Assembly (NCBI GenBank): GCA_019637815.1
Contig: JAHBUZ010000008.1
Coordinates: 88,593 to 152,592, forward strand
Direction: 5' to 3'
Origin: Chloroflexota bacterium
Lineage (GTDB): Bacteria > Chloroflexota > Limnocylindria > Limnocylindrales > CSP1-4
Length of the DNA: 64,000 nt
The position numbers and the translations under genes are program-made. The notes beneath the pieces were generated by a model, which had not been told where the DNA came from, ran no database searches, and worked only from the letters and a program-made list of their open reading frames with translations. Shown here one piece after another: positions 18,279 through 26,582 of the stretch; the stretch's first letter is position 1, and each line of letters begins with the position of its first letter.

Positions 18279-19331
18279 GTGACCACCCGTTCCCGCCAGC
18301 CACGCCGCCCGATCGCGGGTGCCCTCGCCGTGGGTGCCCTTGCGCTCGCCGTGGCGTCGCCCGCTGCCGTCATGGCGCAGGACGCCTCGCCGGCACCCGC
18401 CACCACCACGGAGCTGCGACCCCTCACCGTGGGTCTCGGCTACATCCCGAGCGTCCAGTTCGCGCCGTTCTATCTCGCCAAGGTCTCCGGTGCCTACGAG
18501 GCGGCCGGCCTGGATGTGACGCTCCAGAACCAGATCGACCCGGAGCTCATCACGCTCATCGCGCAGGGCGCCGTGGACATCGGCATGGGGGACGGCACGA
18601 GCGTCATCACGGCACGCAGCCAGGGCATCCCCATCACGGCCGTCGCGAGCATCTACGCCCGGTTCCCGTCCGTGGTCGTGGCACGCGCGGACAGTGGTAT
18701 CGCGACCCCCGCGGACCTCGCCGGGGCGTCGCTCGGCACGCCCGGTCGATACGGCTCCGGCTGGATCATGCTCCAGGCACTGCTATCGTCGGCGGACCTG
18801 ACCCCCGATGACCTGTCCATCACGCTCTACCCGGACTTCGGACAGGCGACCGCGCTCGGGGCGGATCAGGTCCAGGCCGCCACCGGGTTCCTCAACAACG
18901 AGCCCATCCAGCTCGCCCGGCAGGGGATCGAGGTGAACGTCCTGACCGTGGATGACATCGTGCCGTTGCCCGGGCCGGGGCTGGTGACCGGCACCGGGAC
19001 GCTCGCGGCACGCCACGATGACCTGGCCGCGTTCGTCGCCGTGACGCTCGATGCCATGGCGCGCATCACGGCGGATCCGCAGCTCGGCCTCGATGCCACG
19101 TTCCAGGTGGTGCCGGACCTCGCGGCGGACGCGGACCTCCAGCGCGCCGTGCTCGACGCGACGATCGCCGCGTGGCACTCGCCGCTCACCGAGGCCCAGG
19201 GGCTGGGCGCCATGGATCCCGACGCGTGGACCCGCTCCATCGAGTTCATGACCGCAATGCCCGAGTCACCCGTGGGGGGCCCGGTGGTGGCCGCCGACAT
19301 CGTCAGCACGGAGCTGCTGCCGGTGCGCTGA
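18279..19331 (+). CDS. NMT1/THI5-like periplasmic substrate-binding protein
   Basis: Signal peptide 'RRPIAGALAVGALALAVASPAAVMAQ', then 'LTVGLGYIPSVQFAPFYLA'. GTG 18279 is preceded by GAAGGA. Confidence 0.8.
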   Translation: MTTRSRQPRRPIAGALAVGALALAVASPAAVMAQDASPAPATTTELRPLTVGLGYIPSVQFAPFYLAKVSGAYEAAGLDVTLQNQIDPELITLIAQGAVDIGMGDGTSVITARSQGIPITAVASIYARFPSVVVARADSGIATPADLAGASLGTPGRYGSGWIMLQALLSSADLTPDDLSITLYPDFGQATALGADQVQAATGFLNNEPIQLARQGIEVNVLTVDDIVPLPGPGLVTGTGTLAARHDDLAAFVAVTLDAMARITADPQLGLDATFQVVPDLAADADLQRAVLDATIAAWHSPLTEAQGLGAMDPDAWTRSIEFMTAMPESPVGGPVVAADIVSTELLPVR

Positions 19332-19363
19332 GCCGTGCCGCCGCCGCGCTGACCCCATCCCCA

Positions 19364-19395
19364 CCGCGCGCCGACCCATCGTCGGCGGCGCGCGG
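19364..19395 (+). terminator. GC-rich hairpin downstream of the ABC operon
   Basis: CCGCGCGCCGAC-ccatc-GTCGGC(ggc)GCGCGG begins 33 nt after the stop. There is no U-tract (I-shaped type). Confidence 0.45.
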
Positions 19396-19466
19396 AGCGA
19401 TCGCCCGAGCGGGGGCTCCCGGCCCTGGGACGCGGGCCGTGACGACCGGCGCACCGGGGCGTCCTC

Positions 19467-21179
19467 GTGGGTACCATGCGCCGGATGCCCGATCGACCCA
19501 GGACGAGCCTGCTCGTCATGCTCGTCCTGATGGTCATGCTCGCGAGCACGACCCTGGTCCGGGCCGCCGTGTCCGACGCCTCGGATGCGGGCGGCGGACC
19601 CGCAGCGACCGCATCCCCGTCGACCGAGCCCTCGGCGACCCCTGGTCCATCGTCCACCCCCCCCGCGACCCCCACGACCCCGGACCCCGTTGCCTCGCCG
19701 ATGCCCGCGATCGACGAGCGGCCGGACATCATCGTCATCTATGTCGACGATGTGCCGCCCCTCGATGGCCGCCTGTGGACCCGGGCGCGGACCCCCAACA
19801 TCCGGCGCTCCATCATCGACCGTGGCCTCACGTTCCGGAACGCGGTCGTGGAGGCACCCCTGTGCTGTCCCGCGCGGGCCAACCTCCTGACGGGCCGCCA
19901 TACCCACAACACGCGGGTGACCGCCAACGACGTCGCCCCCTTCGATCCGAGCGTGACCATCGCCACCGAGCTCCAGGCGGTGGGCTACCACACGCTCTGG
20001 ATCGGCAAGTTCCTCAACCGGTTCATCAGCCTCCGGGGTGCCGCCCGGGACGCGCTGCGCCAGGGTTGGGACGTGTTCGAGCCCTGGAGCGGGGGCAGCT
20101 ACGGCTACTACTACCTGCCGCCCGGCGCCACCCGCTCGACGCGTCCATCGATGCACTCCATGGACCTCCTTCAGCAGCTGGCGCGTCGGGAGCTCCAGGC
20201 AGCGCCCGTGGACCGGCCCCTCTTCGCGGTGTTGTCCACGTACGCGGGTCACTACCCGAACATCGCGCTGCCGCGCTACCGCGGCTCACGGCGCTGCGCC
20301 ACCATCAAGCCCTGGCGACCACCCACGTACGGTCATGGCGCGGCCACCGGCAAGCCAGTCTGGCTCCAGGACTGGGTCCGCCGCCAGGCATGGCGATTGC
20401 CCGCGGGCGGATACCCCCTCCAGCGACTGTGCGAGGACATGCTGGGTGTCGATGAGCTGGTGGGCAAGGTGGTCCGGGAGCAGCGGCATCGGGGTCGGCT
20501 CGATCGGACCCTGCTCATCCTCGCCTCGGACAACGGCTACCAGTACGGCGAGTTCGGCGTCCGGGACAAGTGGCTGCCATGGTCGGTCCGCGTCCCCCTG
20601 TCCATGGCGTGGCCGGCGGGCATGGGCACGATGGCTCGCACGACCGCCTACCCCACGTCCAACATCGACCTCGCACCCACGCTGTGCGAGATCGCGGGCT
20701 GCGAGATGGGCCCCTTCCGCGATGGCCAGCCGACCGCGGACGGGATCTCCCTGCTCCCGGTGATGCTCGACCAGGAGGTCCCACCACGGACCGTGCTCCT
20801 CACCCAGATGGCGGCTCGCAACCCGGCCAGTCGCATGCCACCGTGGTCCGCGGTGACCACGTATCCTGGTCATCCCCTGGGTCGCTGGCACTACATCCGA
20901 TGGCAGGGTGGCACGAGCAGCCTGTATGACCTGGGCGCCGACCCGTACGAGCGACGTGACCTGGGTGCCGATCAGCGGTACGCGGGCGTGCGTCAGGCGC
21001 TGGAGCGGGAGCGCCGGGCCCTCATGGCCGAAGGTCGACCCGTGGCTCGCGTGGAGCCACGACCGAGCCCGTCCGCCACCGCCGTGCAGGACCCCGGCGT
21101 GCGTGGGCGCATCACGGACGAAGCGACCATACTGGGACCCGCACCCGACCTCGACGGAACAGGACCGCCGCCGTCCTGA
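19467..21179 (+). CDS. Formylglycine-dependent sulfatase
   Basis: Sulfatase signature 'PLCCPARANLLTGRHTHNTRV', 'IIVIYVDDV', and an N-terminal signal peptide. The start could be GTG 19467 or ATG 19476/19485. Confidence 0.85.
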   Translation: MGTMRRMPDRPRTSLLVMLVLMVMLASTTLVRAAVSDASDAGGGPAATASPSTEPSATPGPSSTPPATPTTPDPVASPMPAIDERPDIIVIYVDDVPPLDGRLWTRARTPNIRRSIIDRGLTFRNAVVEAPLCCPARANLLTGRHTHNTRVTANDVAPFDPSVTIATELQAVGYHTLWIGKFLNRFISLRGAARDALRQGWDVFEPWSGGSYGYYYLPPGATRSTRPSMHSMDLLQQLARRELQAAPVDRPLFAVLSTYAGHYPNIALPRYRGSRRCATIKPWRPPTYGHGAATGKPVWLQDWVRRQAWRLPAGGYPLQRLCEDMLGVDELVGKVVREQRHRGRLDRTLLILASDNGYQYGEFGVRDKWLPWSVRVPLSMAWPAGMGTMARTTAYPTSNIDLAPTLCEIAGCEMGPFRDGQPTADGISLLPVMLDQEVPPRTVLLTQMAARNPASRMPPWSAVTTYPGHPLGRWHYIRWQGGTSSLYDLGADPYERRDLGADQRYAGVRQALERERRALMAEGRPVARVEPRPSPSATAVQDPGVRGRITDEATILGPAPDLDGTGPPPS

Positions 21180-21198
21180 GTCCATCCGCCGGGTCGTC

Positions 21199-21223
21199 GG
21201 AGACGCTCCTCGGGGTCGTCTCC
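21199..21223 (+). terminator. Hairpin after the sulfatase gene
   Basis: GGAGACG-11 nt-CGTCTCC begins 20 nt after the stop. There is no U-tract. Confidence 0.3.
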
Positions 21224-21357
21224 CGGCACCATCGGATGGGCCGCATGGCACCCTGCTCCCATGGTTGCCGAACGGTTGCGCGCAGCACGCTAGAATCACC
21301 CGGCACCGCGGCGGACCGCTCGTCACCGCCATCGACCACAGGAGGCCGTCCAGGCCA

Positions 21358-23235
21358 GTGACCACCGACGTCAGCACCAACCCAGCCCCGGACAGCGTCC
21401 GCGACCTCGACCGCGTGACCATCCGCTTCTGCGGCGACTCCGGTGATGGCATGCAGCTCACCGGCAGCCAGTTCACGCGCACCGCCGCGGTGTTCGGCAA
21501 CGACATCGCCACCCTGCCGGACTTCCCGGCGGAGATCCGGGCACCCGCCGGCTCGCTGCCGGGCGTCTCGGGCTTCCAGATCAGCTTCTCCTCGAACGAC
21601 ATCCACACCCCGGGCGATGCGCCGGACGTCCTCGTCGCGATGAACCCTGCGGCGTTGAAGACGAACGTCAACGACCTGCCGCCGGGCGGCGCGCTCATCG
21701 TCAACAAGGACGCCTTCACGGCCGCCAACCTGGCCAAGGCGAGCTACGCCAGCGATCCGCTGACGGACGGCTCGCTGTCCGGCTGGAACGTGTTCGAGAT
21801 CCCCATCAGCACCCTCAACGAGCGGTCGCTGGACGGGCTCGAGATGACCAGCAAGCAGAAGGACCTGACCAAGAACTTCTTCGCGCTGGGCATCATGTTC
21901 TGGCTGTACGAGCGGTCCATGGAGCCCACGCTCCGCTGGGTGGACAGCAAGTTCGCCGGCAAGCCGGTGTTCGCGGAGGCCAACAAGCGGGCGCTCAAGG
22001 CAGGCTACGCCTTCGGCGAGACGACCGAGATCTTCCATCACCAGCAGTACCGGGTGAAGCCCGCCCAGCTGCCGGCTGGCACGTACCGCAACATCACGGG
22101 CAACGAGGCGACCGCGCTCGGTTTCGTGGCGGCGTCCCGCCTCGCCAAGCGGGACCTGTTCTACGGCTCGTATCCCATCACGCCCGCCAGCGACATCCTC
22201 CACCAGCTCTCCACCTACAAGAGCTTCGGGGTACGCACGTTCCAGGCAGAGGATGAGATCGCGGCCATCGGCTCCGCCGTCGGCGCGGCATACGGTGGCG
22301 CGATGGGACTCACGGCCAGCTCCGGCCCGGGCATCGCGCTCAAGTCGGAGGCGCTCGGCCTCGCGGTCATGGTGGAGCTGCCGCTCGTCGTCGTGGATGT
22401 GCAGCGCGCTGGTCCCAGCACGGGCATGCCCACCAAGAACGAGCAGTCGGACCTGCTCCAGGTGATGTTCGGGCGGAACGGCGAGGCACCCGTGCCCATC
22501 GTGGCACCCGCCACGCCCACCGAGTGCTTCGACTACGCCATCGAGGCGTGGCGCATCGCGCTCCGGCACATGACCCCCGTGGTCTATCTCTCGGACGCGT
22601 TCCTGGCGACGGGCTCGGAGCCGTGGCGTATCCCGGAGCCCGCGGACCTGCCCAACATCGCGGTGGAGAACTGGACCGCGAAGGAGACGTTCCATCCCTA
22701 CGACCGCGATCCGGTGACCCTCGCCCGGCCATGGGCCGTGCCGGGCACGCCGGGTCTCGAGCACCGCATCGGTGGGCTCGAGAAGGCGGACATCACGGGC
22801 AACGTCAGCTATGACCCGGAGAACCATCACCGGATGACGCAGCTGCGCGCCCAGAAGGTCGCTGCGGTGGCGGATGACATCCCGGATCTCCAGGTGTTCG
22901 GGCCCTCGCGGGGTGACCTGCTGGTGCTCGGCTGGGGCTCCACGTATGGCGCGATCCGGTCCGCCGTGGAGCGACTCCAGCAGCAGGGCCACTCGGTCGC
23001 GCATGCCCATCTGCGGCATCTCAACCCGTTCCCGCGCAACACGGGAGACGTCCTCGCGGCCTATCGCAAGGTGCTCATCCCGGAGGTCAACCTGGGTCAG
23101 CTCCGGCTGCTCATCCGGGGCCGCTACCTGGTGGATGCCGTGGGCCTCAACCGGGTGCGTGGCAAGCCGTACCGCATCAGCGAGATCGAGGACGCCGCAC
23201 GCCTGATGCTCGACCCCGAGGGGACCGCCCGATGA
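21358..23235 (+). CDS. korA: 2-oxoglutarate/2-oxoacid:ferredoxin oxidoreductase, alpha subunit
   Basis: 'IRFCGDSGDGMQLTG', 'GSYPITPASDIL' and 'LTASSGPGIALKSE'. GTG 21358 sits 12 nt after AGGAGG. A TAGAAT -10-like hexamer is at 21291-21296. Confidence 0.9.
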   Translation: MTTDVSTNPAPDSVRDLDRVTIRFCGDSGDGMQLTGSQFTRTAAVFGNDIATLPDFPAEIRAPAGSLPGVSGFQISFSSNDIHTPGDAPDVLVAMNPAALKTNVNDLPPGGALIVNKDAFTAANLAKASYASDPLTDGSLSGWNVFEIPISTLNERSLDGLEMTSKQKDLTKNFFALGIMFWLYERSMEPTLRWVDSKFAGKPVFAEANKRALKAGYAFGETTEIFHHQQYRVKPAQLPAGTYRNITGNEATALGFVAASRLAKRDLFYGSYPITPASDILHQLSTYKSFGVRTFQAEDEIAAIGSAVGAAYGGAMGLTASSGPGIALKSEALGLAVMVELPLVVVDVQRAGPSTGMPTKNEQSDLLQVMFGRNGEAPVPIVAPATPTECFDYAIEAWRIALRHMTPVVYLSDAFLATGSEPWRIPEPADLPNIAVENWTAKETFHPYDRDPVTLARPWAVPGTPGLEHRIGGLEKADITGNVSYDPENHHRMTQLRAQKVAAVADDIPDLQVFGPSRGDLLVLGWGSTYGAIRSAVERLQQQGHSVAHAHLRHLNPFPRNTGDVLAAYRKVLIPEVNLGQLRLLIRGRYLVDAVGLNRVRGKPYRISEIEDAARLMLDPEGTAR

Positions 23236-24281
23236 CCGATATCGCCGTGGCGCCCGGCAACGGCGCCGCCCCGCTGCCCGTGCTCACGCGCAAGGACTTC
23301 GTATCGGACCAGGAGGTCCGTTGGTGTCCCGGCTGCGGTGACTACTCCATCCTCGCGAACACCCAGAAGGTGATGCCGGACTTCGGCTACCCGCGCGAGA
23401 ACATCGTGTTCATCAGCGGCATCGGCTGCTCCGGCCGGCTGCCGTACTACATGAACACGTATGGCTTCCACACCATCCATGGCCGCGCGCCCACGCTCGC
23501 GACCGGGCTCAAGGCGTCCCGCCCGGAGCTCATGGTGTGGGTCATCACCGGTGACGGTGACGCCCTGTCCATCGGTGGCAACCACGTGCTCCACTCGATG
23601 CGCCGGAACACGGACATCAAGCTCGTGATGTTCAACAACCGCATCTACGGGTTGACCAAGGGCCAGGCATCCCCGACCTCGGAGCTGGGCAAGAAGACCA
23701 AGTCCAGCCCGGTGGGCACCATCGACCAGCCCTTGGTGCCGCTGTCGGTGGCCATCACCGCGGAGGCGACCTTCGTCGCGCGGACCATCGATACCTACAC
23801 CGAGCACATCCAGGACACGCTCACGGCGGCCGGGTTCCACCGCGGCTCGACGTTCGTGGAGGTCCTCCAGAACTGCAACATCTTCAACGATGGCGCCTGG
23901 GCGCCCTTCCGCGAGAAGGACGGTCGGGATGACAACGTGCTGCTGCTGAAGCATGGCGAGCCCATGATCTTCGGCAAGGACCGGGACAAGGGCATCCGGC
24001 TGCGTGGCTTCACGCCCGAGGTGGTGCAGCTGGGCGTCGACGGCGTGACCGAGGCGGACCTGCTGGTCCATGACGAGACGGCCGAGGACCCGACGCTCGC
24101 GTACATCCTGTCCCGGATGTGGGCGCCAAGGTTCCCGGTGCCCCTGGGCGTGTTCCGGCGCGTCGAGCGACCGACCCACGACCAGATGCTCCAGGGCCAG
24201 ATCGACGACGCCATCGCGGCGAAGGGTCCGGGCGACCTTCGAGGGCTCCTCTTCGGCGGCGAGACCTGGCAGGCCGGATGA
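23232..24281 (+). CDS. korB: 2-oxoglutarate/2-oxoacid:ferredoxin oxidoreductase, beta subunit
   Basis: 'RWCPGCGDYSIL', 'SGIGCSGR', and the TPP motif 'ITGDGDALSIGGNH..FNNRIYGLTKGQ'. ATGA overlap with korA. Confidence 0.92.
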   Translation: MTDIAVAPGNGAAPLPVLTRKDFVSDQEVRWCPGCGDYSILANTQKVMPDFGYPRENIVFISGIGCSGRLPYYMNTYGFHTIHGRAPTLATGLKASRPELMVWVITGDGDALSIGGNHVLHSMRRNTDIKLVMFNNRIYGLTKGQASPTSELGKKTKSSPVGTIDQPLVPLSVAITAEATFVARTIDTYTEHIQDTLTAAGFHRGSTFVEVLQNCNIFNDGAWAPFREKDGRDDNVLLLKHGEPMIFGKDRDKGIRLRGFTPEVVQLGVDGVTEADLLVHDETAEDPTLAYILSRMWAPRFPVPLGVFRRVERPTHDQMLQGQIDDAIAAKGPGDLRGLLFGGETWQAG

Positions 24282-24302
24282 CCGCTCCGGTCGGGGGAGT
24301 GC

Positions 24303-24785
24303 ATGGGGAGTGGTGATGCCATGACGGACCCTGCGGCGCTGCCGGTGCTCGTCGTCGCGGACGATCTCATCTGGGCGTCACGGCTGGTCGCGGCCGTGCA
24401 GCGGGCGGGTGCCACACCCGTGCGCATCGGCTCCGACCAGGAGGTCAGCCTCGCCATCGAGGTGATGAGCCTCGAGGAACCGGTGGCAGACCCGGAGGAC
24501 GAGGACCCGTTCGCCCGGCCGGTGGCTGCGATCGTCGACCTGTTCGGTCATCGGTATGACGGCGTCGATGCCGTGAAGGGCTTGCGGCAGGCGGGTCTGC
24601 CGGTCCTCGCGGTCTCCCAGCATGACGATCTGGAGACCCGCAGGATGGCGCTCGAGGCAGGCGCGCTGCGCGTGTTCTCGTACAACAAGTTCTTCGCGGA
24701 CGGCCCGGCGCTCGTGGAGCGGTTCCTGACCGCGCCGCTCGCAGAGGTGGACACGTTGCCCGCCGATGCGGACGAGGACGCTTGA
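24303..24785 (+). CDS. Stand-alone receiver (CheY-like) domain protein with an acidic insertion
   Basis: 'VLVVADDL' (acidic pair), 'AAIVDL' (candidate phospho-Asp), 'VLAVSQH' (Ser/Thr position) and 'SYNKF' (Lys position). There is no output domain. Confidence 0.55.
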   Translation: MGSGDAMTDPAALPVLVVADDLIWASRLVAAVQRAGATPVRIGSDQEVSLAIEVMSLEEPVADPEDEDPFARPVAAIVDLFGHRYDGVDAVKGLRQAGLPVLAVSQHDDLETRRMALEAGALRVFSYNKFFADGPALVERFLTAPLAEVDTLPADADEDA

Positions 24786-25948
24786 GCCACATCGACCCCG
24801 GGTCGAGCGGTATCGGTCCCGACCGGTTCCGGGAGCGGCTGGCCCGCGCGCGCGACGCTGCCGAGGCGGCTGGGGTCCAGGCGCTGCTGCTGGGGGTCGG
24901 CCCGGAGTTGGAGTGGCTGACGGGCTACCAGGCGAAGCCGCTGGAGCGGTTGACGTTGTTGGTGGTGGCCGCGGATGCCGATCCGGCCATCGTGGTGCCA
25001 CGGCTGGAGGTCGCGGCGGCGGAGGCGGCGCCGGCCATCGGTGCGGGACACGTGCGGGTGGTCCCGTGGCAGGAGACGGACGACCCCATGGATGCCGTGT
25101 GGGAGTTGCTGCGGGCCGAGCCCGGTGCGCGGCTGGCGGTCTCGGACACGCTGCGCGCCTCGTTCGTGCTGGGGCTCCAAGGCACGTTTCCGGGTGCGGC
25201 CTTCGAGCTGGCCGGTGGTGTCGTGGGCATGCTCCGACGGGTCAAGGACGCCGATGAGGTCGCGCTGCTCCGGCTGGCGGCGCATGCAGCGGACCGCGCG
25301 GTGCTCGGGCTGGCGGCGGGTCGGCTGGTGGGGCGCACGGAGGCGGACATCGCGGCCGAGGTGCGGACACGTCTCGTGGACGAGGGGCACGACTCGGCGA
25401 GCTTCTGGATCGTGGCGAGTGGCCCGCGGAGCGCCTCGCCCCACCACGAGCCGGACGACCGGGTGGTCCGGGCAGGGGAGCCGCTGCTGCTCGATATCGG
25501 TGGGCGACGGGCGGGCTACTCCTCGGATATCACGCGCACGCTCTGGATCACCGGTGGCGACGATGCCCTTGGTCCGGACGCCACGTTCCGGACCATCCAC
25601 GAGCTGGTGCGGGCGGCGAACGCGGCTGGCCGGGACGCGGTGCGACCCGGTGTGGCGGCGCAGGACGTGGATCGCGCGGCGCGGGACGTCATCGAGGCGG
25701 CCGGTCACGGGCCGGACTTCTTCCATCGGCTGGGGCACGGCATCGGTCTCGAGGGACACGAGGATCCGTATCTCGTGGCGGGCAACGAGGCGCCGCTGCT
25801 CGTGGGTGACGCGTTCAGCATCGAGCCGGGCGTGTATCTCGAGGGCCGTTACGGGGTGCGCATCGAGGACATCGTGGTGTGCGCCGAGGATGGCGCGGAT
25901 GTGCTCAACGAGGCGACACGCGAGCTGCTGGTGGTGAGCGGCGTCTGA
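24782..25948 (+). CDS. M24-family Xaa-Pro peptidase
   Basis: 'DADEVALLR', 'LLLDIGGRRAGYSSDITRT', 'HRLGHGIGLEGHE' and 'FSIEPGVY..GVRIED'. TTG 24782 overlaps the preceding stop. Confidence 0.88.
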   Translation: MSHIDPGSSGIGPDRFRERLARARDAAEAAGVQALLLGVGPELEWLTGYQAKPLERLTLLVVAADADPAIVVPRLEVAAAEAAPAIGAGHVRVVPWQETDDPMDAVWELLRAEPGARLAVSDTLRASFVLGLQGTFPGAAFELAGGVVGMLRRVKDADEVALLRLAAHAADRAVLGLAAGRLVGRTEADIAAEVRTRLVDEGHDSASFWIVASGPRSASPHHEPDDRVVRAGEPLLLDIGGRRAGYSSDITRTLWITGGDDALGPDATFRTIHELVRAANAAGRDAVRPGVAAQDVDRAARDVIEAAGHGPDFFHRLGHGIGLEGHEDPYLVAGNEAPLLVGDAFSIEPGVYLEGRYGVRIEDIVVCAEDGADVLNEATRELLVVSGV

Positions 25949-26036
25949 CGCGTGACCACCCACTGCGACCCCGGCGCACGAGGGCTATCATTCCCCTCCC
26001 GGTGACGAGCCCAGGCGCTGCCGGCCAGAGACCCCT

Positions 26037-26495
26037 ATGGATACGACCCGACCGGCACCCCGCCATCGCCACCGCTCGCAGCCACCCGTCGATCGGGACG
26101 GGGCCGCCCCGGATCCGGTGGCTGGGACAGCCTCGAAGGAGGCGAGCGGCCGCGCCGCCGATACCAACGGGCGGGCCAGCGACACCAGCGGGCGCGCCGC
26201 CGAGGACGGCGGTCGATCCGCCGGCTGTACGCAGGCGCAGCTGCGTCGCTTCATCAAATCCCGCCCCTATGTCCCCATGCACGAGCTGCGGCGTCGGTTC
26301 GAGCTGAACGGTCAGGCGGATGACGTGACCCCCATCGCGGGGCCGGACGGCACGATGTGGATCGGCCTGCCTGACCGGGAATCGGGGTTCGTGGCGGAGC
26401 TCCTGCGCCAGGGTGACATCGGCGTGGAGCTGTGTCGGGACCCATCGGTCGCCATCGTCGTGGGGGTCTTCCCGATGCGCCCGGTGAGCCGCTGA
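26037..26495 (+). CDS. Hypothetical protein (low-complexity N-terminus plus a ~90-aa conserved-looking C-terminal domain)
   Basis: This is the only sense-oriented ORF in the 634-nt gap upstream of copA. The C-terminal part 'CTQAQLRRFIKSRPYVPMHELRRRF..' looks like a globular, possibly winged-helix-like domain, but I do not recognise a family. Confidence 0.45.
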   Translation: MDTTRPAPRHRHRSQPPVDRDGAAPDPVAGTASKEASGRAADTNGRASDTSGRAAEDGGRSAGCTQAQLRRFIKSRPYVPMHELRRRFELNGQADDVTPIAGPDGTMWIGLPDRESGFVAELLRQGDIGVELCRDPSVAIVVGVFPMRPVSR

Positions 26496-26529
26496 GGCTC
26501 GGCCCGCAGGCGGGATCGCATCGGCTGAT

Positions 26530-26546
26530 ATACTCCAGGGGAGTAT
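26530..26546. promoter_or_regulatory. CsoR-type operator-like palindrome overlapping a TATACT -10-like hexamer
   Basis: ATACTCC-AGG-GGAGTAT has perfect 7-bp arms and sits in a local AT-richer patch, 36 nt upstream of the copA GTG. It resembles the known ATACCCC..GGGGTAT CsoR boxes. Confidence 0.5.
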
Positions 26547-26582
26547 CCTGCGAGGGTCGCGGGAGCGTGCCCCGAGGTCATC

